NCBI GenBank assembly: GCA_002774875.1
Contig: PCYM01000001.1
Location: 118,153 to 182,152, forward strand
Direction of reading: 5' to 3'
DNA: 64,000 nt
DNA from: Candidatus Uhrbacteria bacterium CG10_big_fil_rev_8_21_14_0_10_50_16
Lineage (GTDB): Bacteria > Patescibacteriota > Patescibacteriia > UBA9934 > UBA11717
A program made the position numbers and the translations under genes. This document shows, one piece after another, positions 30,547 to 40,282 of this stretch. Position 1 is the first letter of the stretch, and each line of letters begins with the position of its first letter. Under the pieces are notes generated by a model. That model searched no databases. It had not been told where the DNA came from and saw nothing but the letters and a program-made list of their open reading frames with translations.

Positions 30547-30887
30547 AAAAACCAGAACGGTTGCTCGGCGATTTGCTTGGTGGTGCCTTGCAACGCGCAG
30601 GGATTATGCAGCAGGTGGGCGCGGCAATTATCGTAGAAGCGGCCGATCAATCTTTGGAGGAACTCTTTGATACGGGAATTTTAGAATACGCCCGTTGCCG
30701 CGCCTATCGAGACAAGGCATTACTAATCGCCTGTCGTCATGCGGCGGTAGCTCAAGAGATCAAGCTGCGAAAAACAGATCTCATTGCCGCTATCACTCGC
30801 CGCGTGCCGCGTGCCGATGTTTTAGACGTAGAAATTGTTCATCGAACGTCGACCAATAGAAAGGCCGCGTGGTATGATTCCGAATAA
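30543..30887 (+). CDS. dciA: DciA (DUF721) replicative helicase loader-like protein
   Basis: LGDLL..., LLIACRHAAVAQEIKLRKTDLIAAI pattern and size. Confidence 0.7.
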   Translation: MKKPERLLGDLLGGALQRAGIMQQVGAAIIVEAADQSLEELFDTGILEYARCRAYRDKALLIACRHAAVAQEIKLRKTDLIAAITRRVPRADVLDVEIVHRTSTNRKAAWYDSE

Positions 30888-30896
30888 ATACGACAC

Positions 30897-31280
30897 ATGC
30901 CTCTTCGCAACATCCTTTTCTTTATTGCTGTTGGATCACTCCTTGCGCTAGGAGGTCTTGTTGGGATCGTGTTTGCAGTGTCACCGTCGGATCTTGCTTG
31001 GTGGGGGATGCTTGTCTTTTATACACTTGTTTTTTTGGTTGTCTTTGGTGTTCTGACTGTTTTGGGAACCGTTGTTCGTGTAAAGATTTTTCATGCCGAA
31101 GTGCCGATTCGCCAGCTCACCCGTTCCTTTAGACAGGGAACCTTTATAGGAATATTGGTGTGTTTGGCGCTTCTTCTCTCTCATTTGCAATTGTTAACAA
31201 CGTGGAGCTTACTTCTTTTGATCCTAGCATTAGCCTTTTTGGAGCTCTTTTTCCTTACATCCCGATCGCGTGCAACATAG
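30897..31280 (+). CDS. Hypothetical 4-TM membrane protein
   Basis: Hydrophobic; SFRQG motif. Confidence 0.75.
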   Translation: MPLRNILFFIAVGSLLALGGLVGIVFAVSPSDLAWWGMLVFYTLVFLVVFGVLTVLGTVVRVKIFHAEVPIRQLTRSFRQGTFIGILVCLALLLSHLQLLTTWSLLLLILALAFLELFFLTSRSRAT

Positions 31281-31351
31281 GGGAAGATTGTGTATACTCA
31301 GGGCTGTAAAACAACAGGGGGACGTTGTCGTTATCCCTTTTTTCGTATCTC

Positions 31352-32419
31352 ATGTTTAAGCAACTTCTTGGAAAATTTTCAAAGGATTTAGGGATTGATC
31401 TTGGCACGACCAATACGCTTGTCTATTCCCAGGAAAAGGGAATTGTTATTAATGAGCCTTCGGTTGTGGCGATGAACTCGCGTACCGGTCAGATTTTGGC
31501 CGTTGGTCGCGATGCTCGTAACATGATCGATAAAACGCCACCACATATCTCCACGGTGCGCCCTCTTGTAAAAGGGGTTATTTCTGATTTCGAGGTTACG
31601 GAGAAGATGCTTAAACATTTTATTGATGTGGTTCATTCGGAAACATTTACGTTTGTTCCCCGCCCACGTGTTGTGGTGGGTGTTCCGTTAGAAATAACGG
31701 AGGTGGAACGAAAAGCTGTTGAGGATGCGGTTTTGTCTGCGGGTGCACGTGAAGTGTTTTTGGTAGAGGCACCCATGGCGGCGGCAATTGGTGGACGTCT
31801 GCCTGTTATGGAATCCGTTGGAAGTATGCTTGTTGATTTAGGCGGGGGTACCACGGAGATTGCGGCTGTTTCCTTGGGCGGTGTCGTGACGTGGAAATCA
31901 TTGACAATAGCAGGAGAGGAATTGAACAAAAATATTGTGCAATACGCCCGTGACACGTTTAACCTTTTGATTGGCGACAAAGTGGCAGAAGAGATTAAGA
32001 TTAAAATAGGATCTGCCGCAACGCTCAGTGAGCCGTTGGTTATTCCTATGCGAGGTCGTGATCTCATATCGGGGTTACCTCGTGAGATTGTCGTGAATGA
32101 CACGCAAATCCGAGAGGCAATGAGTCGATCCATTAAATTTATCATCGATAATATTAAGGCAACGCTTGAGGTGACGCCCCCAGAGTTGGTGGCAGATATT
32201 TATGAACGTGGTCTTATCCTTGTAGGTGGTGGCGCATTACTCACAAACCTTGATGAAGCGATCGCTAAAGAAATTCAGATTCCTGTTCGCATTGCCGACG
32301 ACCCGTTAGCGTGTGTTGCGCGTGGAACGGGTGCGCTTCTCGATAATCCTGCGTTGCTTCGCGATCTTGCACTGCCTTCGGCAACAGATGATAGACGTTC
32401 CTTTCTTTCAAAAATATGA
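31352..32419 (+). CDS. mreB: Rod shape-determining protein MreB
   Basis: GIDLGTTNT, NEPSVVA, VDLGGGTTE, VGGGALL. Confidence 0.97.
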   Translation: MFKQLLGKFSKDLGIDLGTTNTLVYSQEKGIVINEPSVVAMNSRTGQILAVGRDARNMIDKTPPHISTVRPLVKGVISDFEVTEKMLKHFIDVVHSETFTFVPRPRVVVGVPLEITEVERKAVEDAVLSAGAREVFLVEAPMAAAIGGRLPVMESVGSMLVDLGGGTTEIAAVSLGGVVTWKSLTIAGEELNKNIVQYARDTFNLLIGDKVAEEIKIKIGSAATLSEPLVIPMRGRDLISGLPREIVVNDTQIREAMSRSIKFIIDNIKATLEVTPPELVADIYERGLILVGGGALLTNLDEAIAKEIQIPVRIADDPLACVARGTGALLDNPALLRDLALPSATDDRRSFLSKI

Positions 32420-33222
32420 GGTCAACCTCGGTGGAATGGGGTGTACGCCTTATTTTTATCGCGGCCGTCGCCCTTGTGCTTGCGATCTTGGCTCGGACGA
32501 ATATTGTACGAGGGTCGAGTGGGCGATTTTTGAGCTGGTTAGAGTCTCCGTTTACCGTTGTCGCAGATACGGTTGGGGGGCATGGGGAAGTGATTTTTGC
32601 ATCACGTAAGGAATTGATCGCGGAGCTACAAGAGCGAGAGACACAGGTGCTGCAACTCGCAAAGACCGCATCTCAATGGGAATTGGCACAACAGGAACGG
32701 GATCAGGCGCTTGCACTACTAGGGTATTCCAAGGATGCATCAGAGGTTGTGCTTGCGGCACGCGTTCGCGTGCGATCTTCGGCGAGTGATTCAGACAGCG
32801 TCTTGATAGACAAAGGTGCCTTGGACGGCGTACAGACACAACAAGCTGTTATTACTGGGGAGGGGGCCTTCTACGGCCTCGTTGGGGAAGTCTTTGCGCA
32901 CACGGCGCGTGTTGTGCGATTAACAGACCCTTCGGTTGTTGTGGGAGGCCGCATGGTGAGCACACAGCAAACCGTTGGTGTAGTTGAAGGGGGCTATGGT
33001 CCTGTTGTTCGTATGGCTTACGTAGCACAAGACACGGACGTTCGTGTAAATGACATTGTTGTCACGTCAGGGGTCGATCCGTCTGTCCCTGCGGGGATTG
33101 TCATTGGACTGGTAAACGTGATTGAGGAAGATCAGAATGCGCCGTTTCTCACTCTCTATATAGAGCCGTTGGCACAGTTGCGACAAACACGTGTCGTGGG
33201 AATTCTGCAGTCCCCACTATGA
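32416..33222 (+). CDS. mreC: Rod shape-determining protein MreC
   Basis: TM and coiled coil, IDKGALDGV, VVTSG..PAGIVIG. Confidence 0.88.
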   Translation: MRSTSVEWGVRLIFIAAVALVLAILARTNIVRGSSGRFLSWLESPFTVVADTVGGHGEVIFASRKELIAELQERETQVLQLAKTASQWELAQQERDQALALLGYSKDASEVVLAARVRVRSSASDSDSVLIDKGALDGVQTQQAVITGEGAFYGLVGEVFAHTARVVRLTDPSVVVGGRMVSTQQTVGVVEGGYGPVVRMAYVAQDTDVRVNDIVVTSGVDPSVPAGIVIGLVNVIEEDQNAPFLTLYIEPLAQLRQTRVVGILQSPL

Positions 33223-33716
33223 TGCGGTATTTTGGTCATTTCATTTTTCTCCTAGTTTGCCTTGCACTTGAGTATGGGGCGATTCATGCGTTACCGCTCC
33301 CATGGTCATTGATACCGCTCTGCCTTTCTATTGGTGTGTTTTTTGTTTTTACGCTGCATGCAGATCTTGGTCTACTTTGGTTTGTTGGTGTTGGATTCGC
33401 GGCGGACCTGCAATCTATGCATCCAGTGGGGGAAACGGTCATTGGGGCCCTTATTGGGGGGGTTTTGATCTATATTGTGCAGCAGCATATCTCGCATAGC
33501 TCGCTCTATTCTGTCATGATTCTGGGAGGAAGTACGTCGTTAGTCTGGCTTGCCTGTGCAGAATTGCTTCGTCGCGTGACGGGCGTTTCTTCTTCATTTG
33601 GATTTGGTATGATTCTCACGGAGGCCTCTATAGCGATGATTTTGTCCGGTCTTCTCCTACTGGTTGTCCCTCGGGCAAGCAAATACTTGAGCCGCTCAAT
33701 ACGTTTTTACACATGA
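33219..33716 (+). CDS. mreD: MreD-like membrane protein
   Basis: Hydrophobic, between mreC and mrdA; GFAADL motif. Confidence 0.65.
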   Translation: MMRYFGHFIFLLVCLALEYGAIHALPLPWSLIPLCLSIGVFFVFTLHADLGLLWFVGVGFAADLQSMHPVGETVIGALIGGVLIYIVQQHISHSSLYSVMILGGSTSLVWLACAELLRRVTGVSSSFGFGMILTEASIAMILSGLLLLVVPRASKYLSRSIRFYT

Positions 33717-35635
33717 ATCAGCAATCTCCATTCTCCATACAGCCGATGGATGGTCTCGGCGTTATTCCTGCGCTGCAGGAGGATATTGATTTTGAGGATA
33801 CGTTGGGACACACCTATAGAAATCGTTCCGAAGCTGATTTTATCGGAACGTCGATCACAGAAACACGGTGGAAGTGGGCGGGCATTACCATGGCGGTTCT
33901 TTTTGCGCTATTGCTTGGTCAGGCAGCACAATTACAAATCTGGCATGGAAATAGCTTTTATGCACAGGCCGAGGGAAACCGTATCCGGGACGAGGTCATT
34001 CCGGCGGATCGGGGGAGAATTTTGGATCGATCAGGAACTGTGTTGGTCAATAATATTCCCGCATTTTCTTTGTGGATCAAGCGTGATGTATTGGATGACT
34101 CGGATAAATATCTGGCAGCTATTGACCAGATGGCCCTATTGCTTAATGAGGATGTTCACGAGCTACATGATCAACTGCTTTCAAGCGACGGTTTGAGCGA
34201 TGAGCTGCTTGTGACGCATAATATGCCAACGGCTGCGGCGTTAGAAGTCCTCGCTTCTCCTGAAGCTTATGAGTATTTGCGCGTCGAGGCGGGTGTAAGA
34301 CGGTATGATGTCGACGTACAATCGCAGACACTTTCTGCGCTTCTTGGATATACAGGGTCAATGAATGAGGATGAGTATGCCGAGTATAGGCAATCTGGCT
34401 ATCAAAAAAATGAGCTCATTGGAAAGATTGGGATCGAGGAGTCGTATGAGCAAGTTTTACGAGGGTTTCCGGGGACGCGCCGAGTAGAGGTAGATGCGGT
34501 TGGTCACCCACAATCGATATTGGAAAAACGGGATGCTGTTGACGGCGCAACACTTACGCTCCATATCGACGCAGGCCTACAGGCCATGATTGAGGCCCAC
34601 CTGGCCCAGTTGGAAAATGAGCAGGGGATTCGCAACGCTTCCGTGGTTGTCATGGATCCTCGCGATGGAGGTATTCGTGCGCTTGTGTCCTATCCAGGTT
34701 TTGACAGCAATCTTTTTATGGACAAAATTGACCAAGACCAGTATCGTGCACTTCTTGAGGATCCTGCACGACCGCTCTTCTCGCGTGCGCTTTCTGGTCA
34801 GTTTCCTTCAGGATCAACATTTAAGCCTATCGTCGCGGCCGCAGCTTTGGACGCAGGCGTGATCACAGAACACACAACAGTCCTTAGTACGGGTGGAATC
34901 AGAATCGGACAATTCTTTTTCCCCGACTGGAAGGCGGGCGGACACGGCATTGTCGACGTACGCAAAGCGATCGCAGACTCGGTCAATACGTTCTTTTATA
35001 TGATTGGTGGTGGGTACCTCGACTTTGAGGGATTGGGGCTCGATCGGATGATGACTTCCGCGGCGGCATTTGGTCTCGGTCAGCCTTTAGGGATTGATGT
35101 TCCGCACGAAGCTTCTGGATTTCTTCCAAGTGCCGCTTGGAAGAATGAAGTAAAACAGGAGCCGTGGTATATTGGAGACACGTATCACGTTTCTATTGGA
35201 CAAGGAGATATTTTAGTCACGCCACTTCAAGTTGCTGCGTTTACAACGGTGTTTGCAAACGGAGGTACATTGTTTGAACCACAGGTTGTTGATCGCTATG
35301 AATCTCAGGGAAAGATACAGGACATTGCTCCACGTATTATAAACTCAGAGACGGCAAGTCCGGAGGCGATTGCGATTGTGCGTGAAGGGCTGAGACAAAC
35401 GGTTACTCAGGGTTCCGGAAGGAGGTTGAATGGGTTGCCTATTCCTGTTGCAGGAAAAACGGGAACGGCGCAATGGCACAGCACAAAAGAAAACCATGCA
35501 TGGTTTACGGGGTTTGCTCCCTACGATGATCCAGAATTAGTCGTGACTATTCTGATCGAAGAAGGAGGGGAGGGATCCGCTGTTGCCGTTCCGCTCGCTT
35601 ATGATATTTTTGATTGGTGGTTTTACAAAGAATAG
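33713..35635 (+). CDS. mrdA: Penicillin-binding protein 2
   Basis: RGRILDR, GSTFK (SxxK), SVN (SxN), KTGT. Confidence 0.93.
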   Translation: MNQQSPFSIQPMDGLGVIPALQEDIDFEDTLGHTYRNRSEADFIGTSITETRWKWAGITMAVLFALLLGQAAQLQIWHGNSFYAQAEGNRIRDEVIPADRGRILDRSGTVLVNNIPAFSLWIKRDVLDDSDKYLAAIDQMALLLNEDVHELHDQLLSSDGLSDELLVTHNMPTAAALEVLASPEAYEYLRVEAGVRRYDVDVQSQTLSALLGYTGSMNEDEYAEYRQSGYQKNELIGKIGIEESYEQVLRGFPGTRRVEVDAVGHPQSILEKRDAVDGATLTLHIDAGLQAMIEAHLAQLENEQGIRNASVVVMDPRDGGIRALVSYPGFDSNLFMDKIDQDQYRALLEDPARPLFSRALSGQFPSGSTFKPIVAAAALDAGVITEHTTVLSTGGIRIGQFFFPDWKAGGHGIVDVRKAIADSVNTFFYMIGGGYLDFEGLGLDRMMTSAAAFGLGQPLGIDVPHEASGFLPSAAWKNEVKQEPWYIGDTYHVSIGQGDILVTPLQVAAFTTVFANGGTLFEPQVVDRYESQGKIQDIAPRIINSETASPEAIAIVREGLRQTVTQGSGRRLNGLPIPVAGKTGTAQWHSTKENHAWFTGFAPYDDPELVVTILIEEGGEGSAVAVPLAYDIFDWWFYKE

Positions 35636-35636
35636 T

Positions 35637-36098
35637 ATGACAGATACACATTACATGAGTCAGGAGAAGCTTGATGAGTTGATTCAAGAACTTCAAGAAC
35701 GCAAAACGGCTGGGCGTAAAGAAATCGCCGTAACGTTAGAATACGCAAAGTCCCTCGGGGATCTCTCCGAGAATTTTGAATATCATGATGCAAAAGATCG
35801 ACAAGCAACAAATGAAAAGCGCATTATCATTCTCGAGGACATGATTAAAAATGCCGTGATTATCCAGCAACAGTCCGGTGGATCTGTTATTGATTTAGGT
35901 GTCACATTCCTTGTGGAACGCGATCAAAAGGAAATGACCTTCCAAATTGTTGGAAGCAACGAAGCAAACCCATTGGAGGGAAAGATCAGTAATGAGTCTC
36001 CCATGGGAGAGGCATTTATCGGTGCGCGTGTAGGAGAAGTTGTTGTTGTGGAGACACCTGCAGGCCATGCACAATACACCGTTAAGGCGATTCATTAG
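35637..36098 (+). CDS. greA: Transcription elongation factor GreA
   Basis: GDLSENFEYHDAK, IVGSNEANP, ISNESPMG. Confidence 0.95.
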   Translation: MTDTHYMSQEKLDELIQELQERKTAGRKEIAVTLEYAKSLGDLSENFEYHDAKDRQATNEKRIIILEDMIKNAVIIQQQSGGSVIDLGVTFLVERDQKEMTFQIVGSNEANPLEGKISNESPMGEAFIGARVGEVVVVETPAGHAQYTVKAIH

Positions 36099-36113
36099 AC
36101 TTGTGGAGAGGCC

Positions 36114-36221
36114 TTGACGAACCTCTCAAAGTTTCGTACGCTAGCGTCGTACTAAGGAGGTGTGCAAAATTTAGGCACGAGACCCTGGTTACTTGACAAA
36201 ATGCCTATTAAAGAGTTTAGT
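36114..36221 (+). promoter_or_regulatory. Two tandem sigma70 promoters with an orphan SD between them
   Basis: TTGACG-17-TACGCT (36114-42), TAAGGAGGTG (36153-62), TTGACA-17-TTTAGT (36193-36221). Confidence 0.55.
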
Positions 36222-36264
36222 AGCCCCAAGAATGTTGGGGGTTGAATCGTAACAAAAACAGACT

Positions 36265-36702
36265 ATGAAGCGCGTCATGGTGTTCGGAACCTTCGATATT
36301 GTGCACGATGGACATCGTCATCTTTTGCAACAAGCGGCGGAAATGGGAGAGGAAGTAATTGTGGTTGTCTCACGAGATGAGCATGTTCTTGAGTTAAAAG
36401 GACGTCTCCCTATTAATCAGTTGGATGACCGTCTGGAAGCGATTAGTTGTGAATCAGAAGTAACACTTGCGGTTGCAGGAGATGAAGAGCTCGGTAGCTA
36501 TGGAGTTCTTACAGAGCACGAACCAGATGCGGTTCTTCTCGGTTATGACCAAGACGAGCTCAAGGATAATTTAACCTCATGGATGGAGGATCAGGAACTG
36601 CATAATATTTCTTGCACCTATGCTTCCGCGTATATGCCACATTTATTTAATACGACGCGTATTGTAGAGCAAATGCAGGATGAAGAAATGTCTGTCCTAT
36701 GA
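36265..36702 (+). CDS. Cytidylyltransferase-family nucleotidyltransferase (RibL/FAD synthase-like)
   Basis: VMVFGTFDIVHDGH, VVVSRD, PDAVLLGYDQ. Confidence 0.8.
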   Translation: MKRVMVFGTFDIVHDGHRHLLQQAAEMGEEVIVVVSRDEHVLELKGRLPINQLDDRLEAISCESEVTLAVAGDEELGSYGVLTEHEPDAVLLGYDQDELKDNLTSWMEDQELHNISCTYASAYMPHLFNTTRIVEQMQDEEMSVL

Positions 36703-37967
36703 TCGATTTAAAGTTTCTTCAGGAGCATGGAGATGTTGTGGAGGCCAATAACGCGCGCCGAGGTGCGCGTATTGATATCTCTATCGCACAGGGACTCATT
36801 AGCCAGCGTGTAGAAGAAATGGGTCGAGTTGAAGCACTACGTCAAGAAGGGAATGAAATTGCAGCCAGGATTCCCTTTGCAGCGGATCAAGATAAACCGA
36901 CACTGATTGAAAAAGGAAAACAGATTCGAACACACGTAAAAGAACAGGAGGTTCAACTAAAAGAGATTGAAACAGCGTTAGCGCAAGAGCTCAAGCAATA
37001 CCCAAATATTTTGCGTGACGATGTTCCAGATGGTACAGATGAATCAGCAAATGAACTCGTACAAACCGTTAGTGAACCAACGACGTTTACCTTTACACCA
37101 AAAGATCACCTGGAGCTTGGGGAGGCTCTTGGTATTATTGACGTAGAACGAGCGGCAAAAGTGTCCGGCGCGCGTTTTGTCTATTTGCTAGGAGATGGGG
37201 CTCGCATGCAGTTTGCGCTCTTGAACTATGCAATGGATACGTTAGTAAAGGAACAATTTGTGCCAGCGCTGACTCCGCACATGATCAAGACGGAAATGAT
37301 GGATGCTATGGGTTATCTAAGTCATGGTGGGGAAGACGAGATCTATCATCTAAAGAATGATGACCTCGTTCTTATTGGAACGTCTGAACAATCGGTGGGG
37401 CCAATGCATAGCGGGGAAATCCTTGCGGCAGAAAAGTTACCTATGCGATACGTAGGTTACTCTCCTTGTTACCGGAGAGAGGCGGGTAGCTATGGAAAAG
37501 ATGTGCGCGGAATTTTGCGCGTGCATCAATTTGATAAGATCGAGATGTTTTCCTACGCGGACCCAGAAAATTCTGATCAGGAACATGAGTTTTTGCTCTC
37601 TATGCAAACACGACTTATGAATGGTCTTGGTTTGCCGTACCGTGTCATGAAGCTCTGTGCGATGGACACTGGCACACCTTCTGCTCGTACGTATGATATT
37701 GAGACATGGATGCCAGCACAGGGCGCATACCGAGAAACACATTCCACTTCTAACACAACGGATTTTCAAACGCGGCGTCTTCAGACACGTGTTAAGAAAG
37801 ATGGGAAGACACAGTTTGTCCATGCGCTTAATGGAACGGCCTTTGCCATTGGTCGAATATTGATTGCAATTTTGGAGAATAATCAACAAGAGGACGGAAC
37901 TATTAAAATTCCAGAAGTTCTGCGGCCCTATATGGGTGGACAAGAGGTTATTACCTCTCGGTTGTAG
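36699..37967 (+). CDS. serS: Serine--tRNA ligase
   Basis: AAKVSGARF, LIGTSEQ, YRREAGSYG, RVHQFDKIE, LNGTA. Confidence 0.97.
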   Translation: MIDLKFLQEHGDVVEANNARRGARIDISIAQGLISQRVEEMGRVEALRQEGNEIAARIPFAADQDKPTLIEKGKQIRTHVKEQEVQLKEIETALAQELKQYPNILRDDVPDGTDESANELVQTVSEPTTFTFTPKDHLELGEALGIIDVERAAKVSGARFVYLLGDGARMQFALLNYAMDTLVKEQFVPALTPHMIKTEMMDAMGYLSHGGEDEIYHLKNDDLVLIGTSEQSVGPMHSGEILAAEKLPMRYVGYSPCYRREAGSYGKDVRGILRVHQFDKIEMFSYADPENSDQEHEFLLSMQTRLMNGLGLPYRVMKLCAMDTGTPSARTYDIETWMPAQGAYRETHSTSNTTDFQTRRLQTRVKKDGKTQFVHALNGTAFAIGRILIAILENNQQEDGTIKIPEVLRPYMGGQEVITSRL

Positions 37968-38007
37968 TCAGTCCCTTGGGTCCTAGTTGACCCGTAAGTT
38001 CGTGCTT

Positions 38008-38832
38008 ATGGCTTTCATGCAACGACGACAACGGCGAGTAAATCCTTATTTTCGCCAGAAACCAGTGGGGCCTACGCGCACAATGTTTGTACGTATTTCT
38101 ATTAGCATTGTAGGGATCGTCGTTTTTCTAGGTCTTGTATATGGTCCATTCTTTGATATTCGCACGGTACGCGTTGAGGGAGCGTCTCCAGACATTGAGA
38201 GCGCCATCTCGATACGGTCTAACGAGTGGCTACAGAAAAAACACTTCTTTGTTCTTCCGAGGAGAAATAAATATTTTGTAGGGATCGCGGGCTTGGAGTC
38301 CGTGCTGCTTGCGGAGCTTCCGTTAAATACAGTGCAAATAGAACGAGAAAAACGTGAACTTGTGGTACGCGTGAATGAGAAAATTCGTACATTTTATCTG
38401 TTAAAGGAGGATAAGCTTTATGCAGTAGACCGATTTGGTATGTTGTTGGAGCAGGTGGACGATCTTGAGCGTGCTCGTATCGTTTTAGAAATCGCATCGG
38501 GGGCAACAGTCCCTGTTATTACCGACGAGAGGGGAGTCGCTATTTTGGAGGGTCAGCCGATCATTGCTCCAGCATGGCTTGAGAATATTGTTACCTTGTT
38601 TGATGTGTTGGAGGAAAAAACAATGCTCTCGCCAAAATCTGCGACGATTGTAGATGAGGAGGGGAGGGTAGATGTGGAAACGGAATCGGGTGTGGTCCTC
38701 TATACAAATATTGAAAAAGGCATCGATACACAGATCGAGAAACTGACGGCATTGATCGATAGACGGCTTGTGGACATTGCAGAACTTTCGTATATTGACC
38801 TACGATTTACCAATAGACTCTTCTATCATTAA
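38008..38832 (+). CDS. FtsQ/DivIB-like POTRA-domain protein
   Basis: Basic N-terminus, TM, FFDIRTVRVEG, C-terminal YIDLRF; start uncertain (38008 or 38017). Confidence 0.75.
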   Translation: MAFMQRRQRRVNPYFRQKPVGPTRTMFVRISISIVGIVVFLGLVYGPFFDIRTVRVEGASPDIESAISIRSNEWLQKKHFFVLPRRNKYFVGIAGLESVLLAELPLNTVQIEREKRELVVRVNEKIRTFYLLKEDKLYAVDRFGMLLEQVDDLERARIVLEIASGATVPVITDERGVAILEGQPIIAPAWLENIVTLFDVLEEKTMLSPKSATIVDEEGRVDVETESGVVLYTNIEKGIDTQIEKLTALIDRRLVDIAELSYIDLRFTNRLFYH

Positions 38833-38838
38833 ATTTCT

Positions 38839-39309
38839 ATGAAACTCAAATCCGTACTTGCTCTCATTGGCCTCGTTATTATCGTGTTGCTCCTCGCCTC
38901 TTGGTTTAAACAGGGCATCCCGGAGCAACAAGCAGAAGGATTTCTCCCTGACCACATTACAGAGATAGAAGGAACAACATTGCCAAGAGCTATTCAGGAG
39001 GCCAGAATACGTGGGAAGCGGTTTGTCCGTATTTCAGATCCTGACGGGAATACAATTACGGTTGATCTTGGTCAGCAGACACAAACAATCTTTACACTTT
39101 CTGACCCAGGCGAGGAACCTCTTAAGGTTCTACAATCCTATAAGGTGCCTGTAGAGAAAGCATTTGGTATTGTGGATATTCCAGGAGAGTCGTACAGCTT
39201 TTCGCTACCGGAGGTAAATTATGCACAAATCGCAAGTATCGTGTACGAGATCTCGGTCAGACTTTTCCACATAGCGTCTACTACGAACTGGGTAATTGAT
39301 ATAGAATAA
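38839..39309 (+). CDS. Hypothetical membrane-anchored protein
   Basis: N-terminal TM, directly downstream of the FtsQ-like gene. Confidence 0.7.
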   Translation: MKLKSVLALIGLVIIVLLLASWFKQGIPEQQAEGFLPDHITEIEGTTLPRAIQEARIRGKRFVRISDPDGNTITVDLGQQTQTIFTLSDPGEEPLKVLQSYKVPVEKAFGIVDIPGESYSFSLPEVNYAQIASIVYEISVRLFHIASTTNWVIDIE

Positions 39310-39338
39310 AATCATACATAAATCATAAACAAACATGT

Positions 39339-39554
39339 ATGAAGGGTTGTTGCAAGAATTCTGGAGGAATCCAGATGGTCGCCTGGGTATTAATCATCGT
39401 TGGAGCTATTAACTGGGGTCTTGTTGGAGGCTTTGGATTTAACCTTGTTAACTGGATTTTCTCATTCAGTGAGGTTGTAGAAACGATCGTTTACATCCTT
39501 GTTGGAGTCTCTGGAGTGTACGCGGTATTTACGGGGTGTCACGGTAAAAAGTAG
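39339..39554 (+). CDS. DUF378 family small membrane protein
   Basis: LIIVGAINWGLVG..FNLV...IVYILVGVSG. Confidence 0.9.
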   Translation: MKGCCKNSGGIQMVAWVLIIVGAINWGLVGGFGFNLVNWIFSFSEVVETIVYILVGVSGVYAVFTGCHGKK

Positions 39555-39573
39555 GCTGCCATAATTGAGAGAG

Positions 39574-39605
39574 AAACGACCATAAACACATGGTCGTTTT
39601 GTTTT
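39574..39605 (+). terminator. Intrinsic terminator
   Basis: AAACGACCAT-AAACAC-ATGGTCGTTT followed by a T-rich tail. Confidence 0.8.
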
Positions 39606-39795
39606 AGACAAATCCGTCTGCTACATTTTACGACACAAAGTACAAGGGAGGGGAGCGAGGGTAGAGGACTACACAGAATGAGATCGCCACATACTTACCG
39701 TTAAGATATGGGAAGTTGCTAAATACAAATAGGAATTTCCGCTACGGAGATATTTTTATTTTAACTGCAAATATTTTCAAGGTAGTCCGGGACGT

Positions 39796-40262
39796 CTCAA
39801 ATCAACACAGGTCAATTTTGATTTTCATAGATTTGTGAGAGGATGTTTTATCGTGTCACAATTGGCTATCTGTACAATGTGAACATGCATCAGCGCATGG
39901 AAACGCGTTAATCGGATACAATAATAACAATCTGTAGGACGTATTAAAAAGAAAGCAATCAATAGAAGCATTAACGTATATATAGATTGACTACCAAGGA
40001 ATACGTAGTCGAATCTCCCATGAGTCGTAAAAGGTATATTGCGCGACACATAGAACAAACTGCTTCGTCACGCAAGGAGGTGCTGCACCTCGCCTGTCTT
40101 CTATCCAGATTCCTTGTGTTTAAAGGGATCTTGTTCGAATGAGTGCTTTGATACCCTATCGAACCGTATATTCTCTCCCCCTGTGTTATCTGAAGCCCCG
40201 TGTCACTACAAAAGAAAAATTAACGTGCCTTACTACCCCTCAAATCAACACAGGTCAATTTT
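39796..40262. repeat. Exact 24-bp direct repeat, two copies 443 bp apart
   Basis: CTCAAATCAACACAGGTCAATTTT at 39796-39819 and 40239-40262. Confidence 0.9.
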
Positions 40263-40282
40263 AAGCGTTAAAACAAACGAAC

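Noticed and set aside
39825-40058. 77-aa minus-strand ORF between the direct repeats
   Set aside because: TTG start without initiation signal, in-frame stops just upstream, no motifs; treated as decayed sequence
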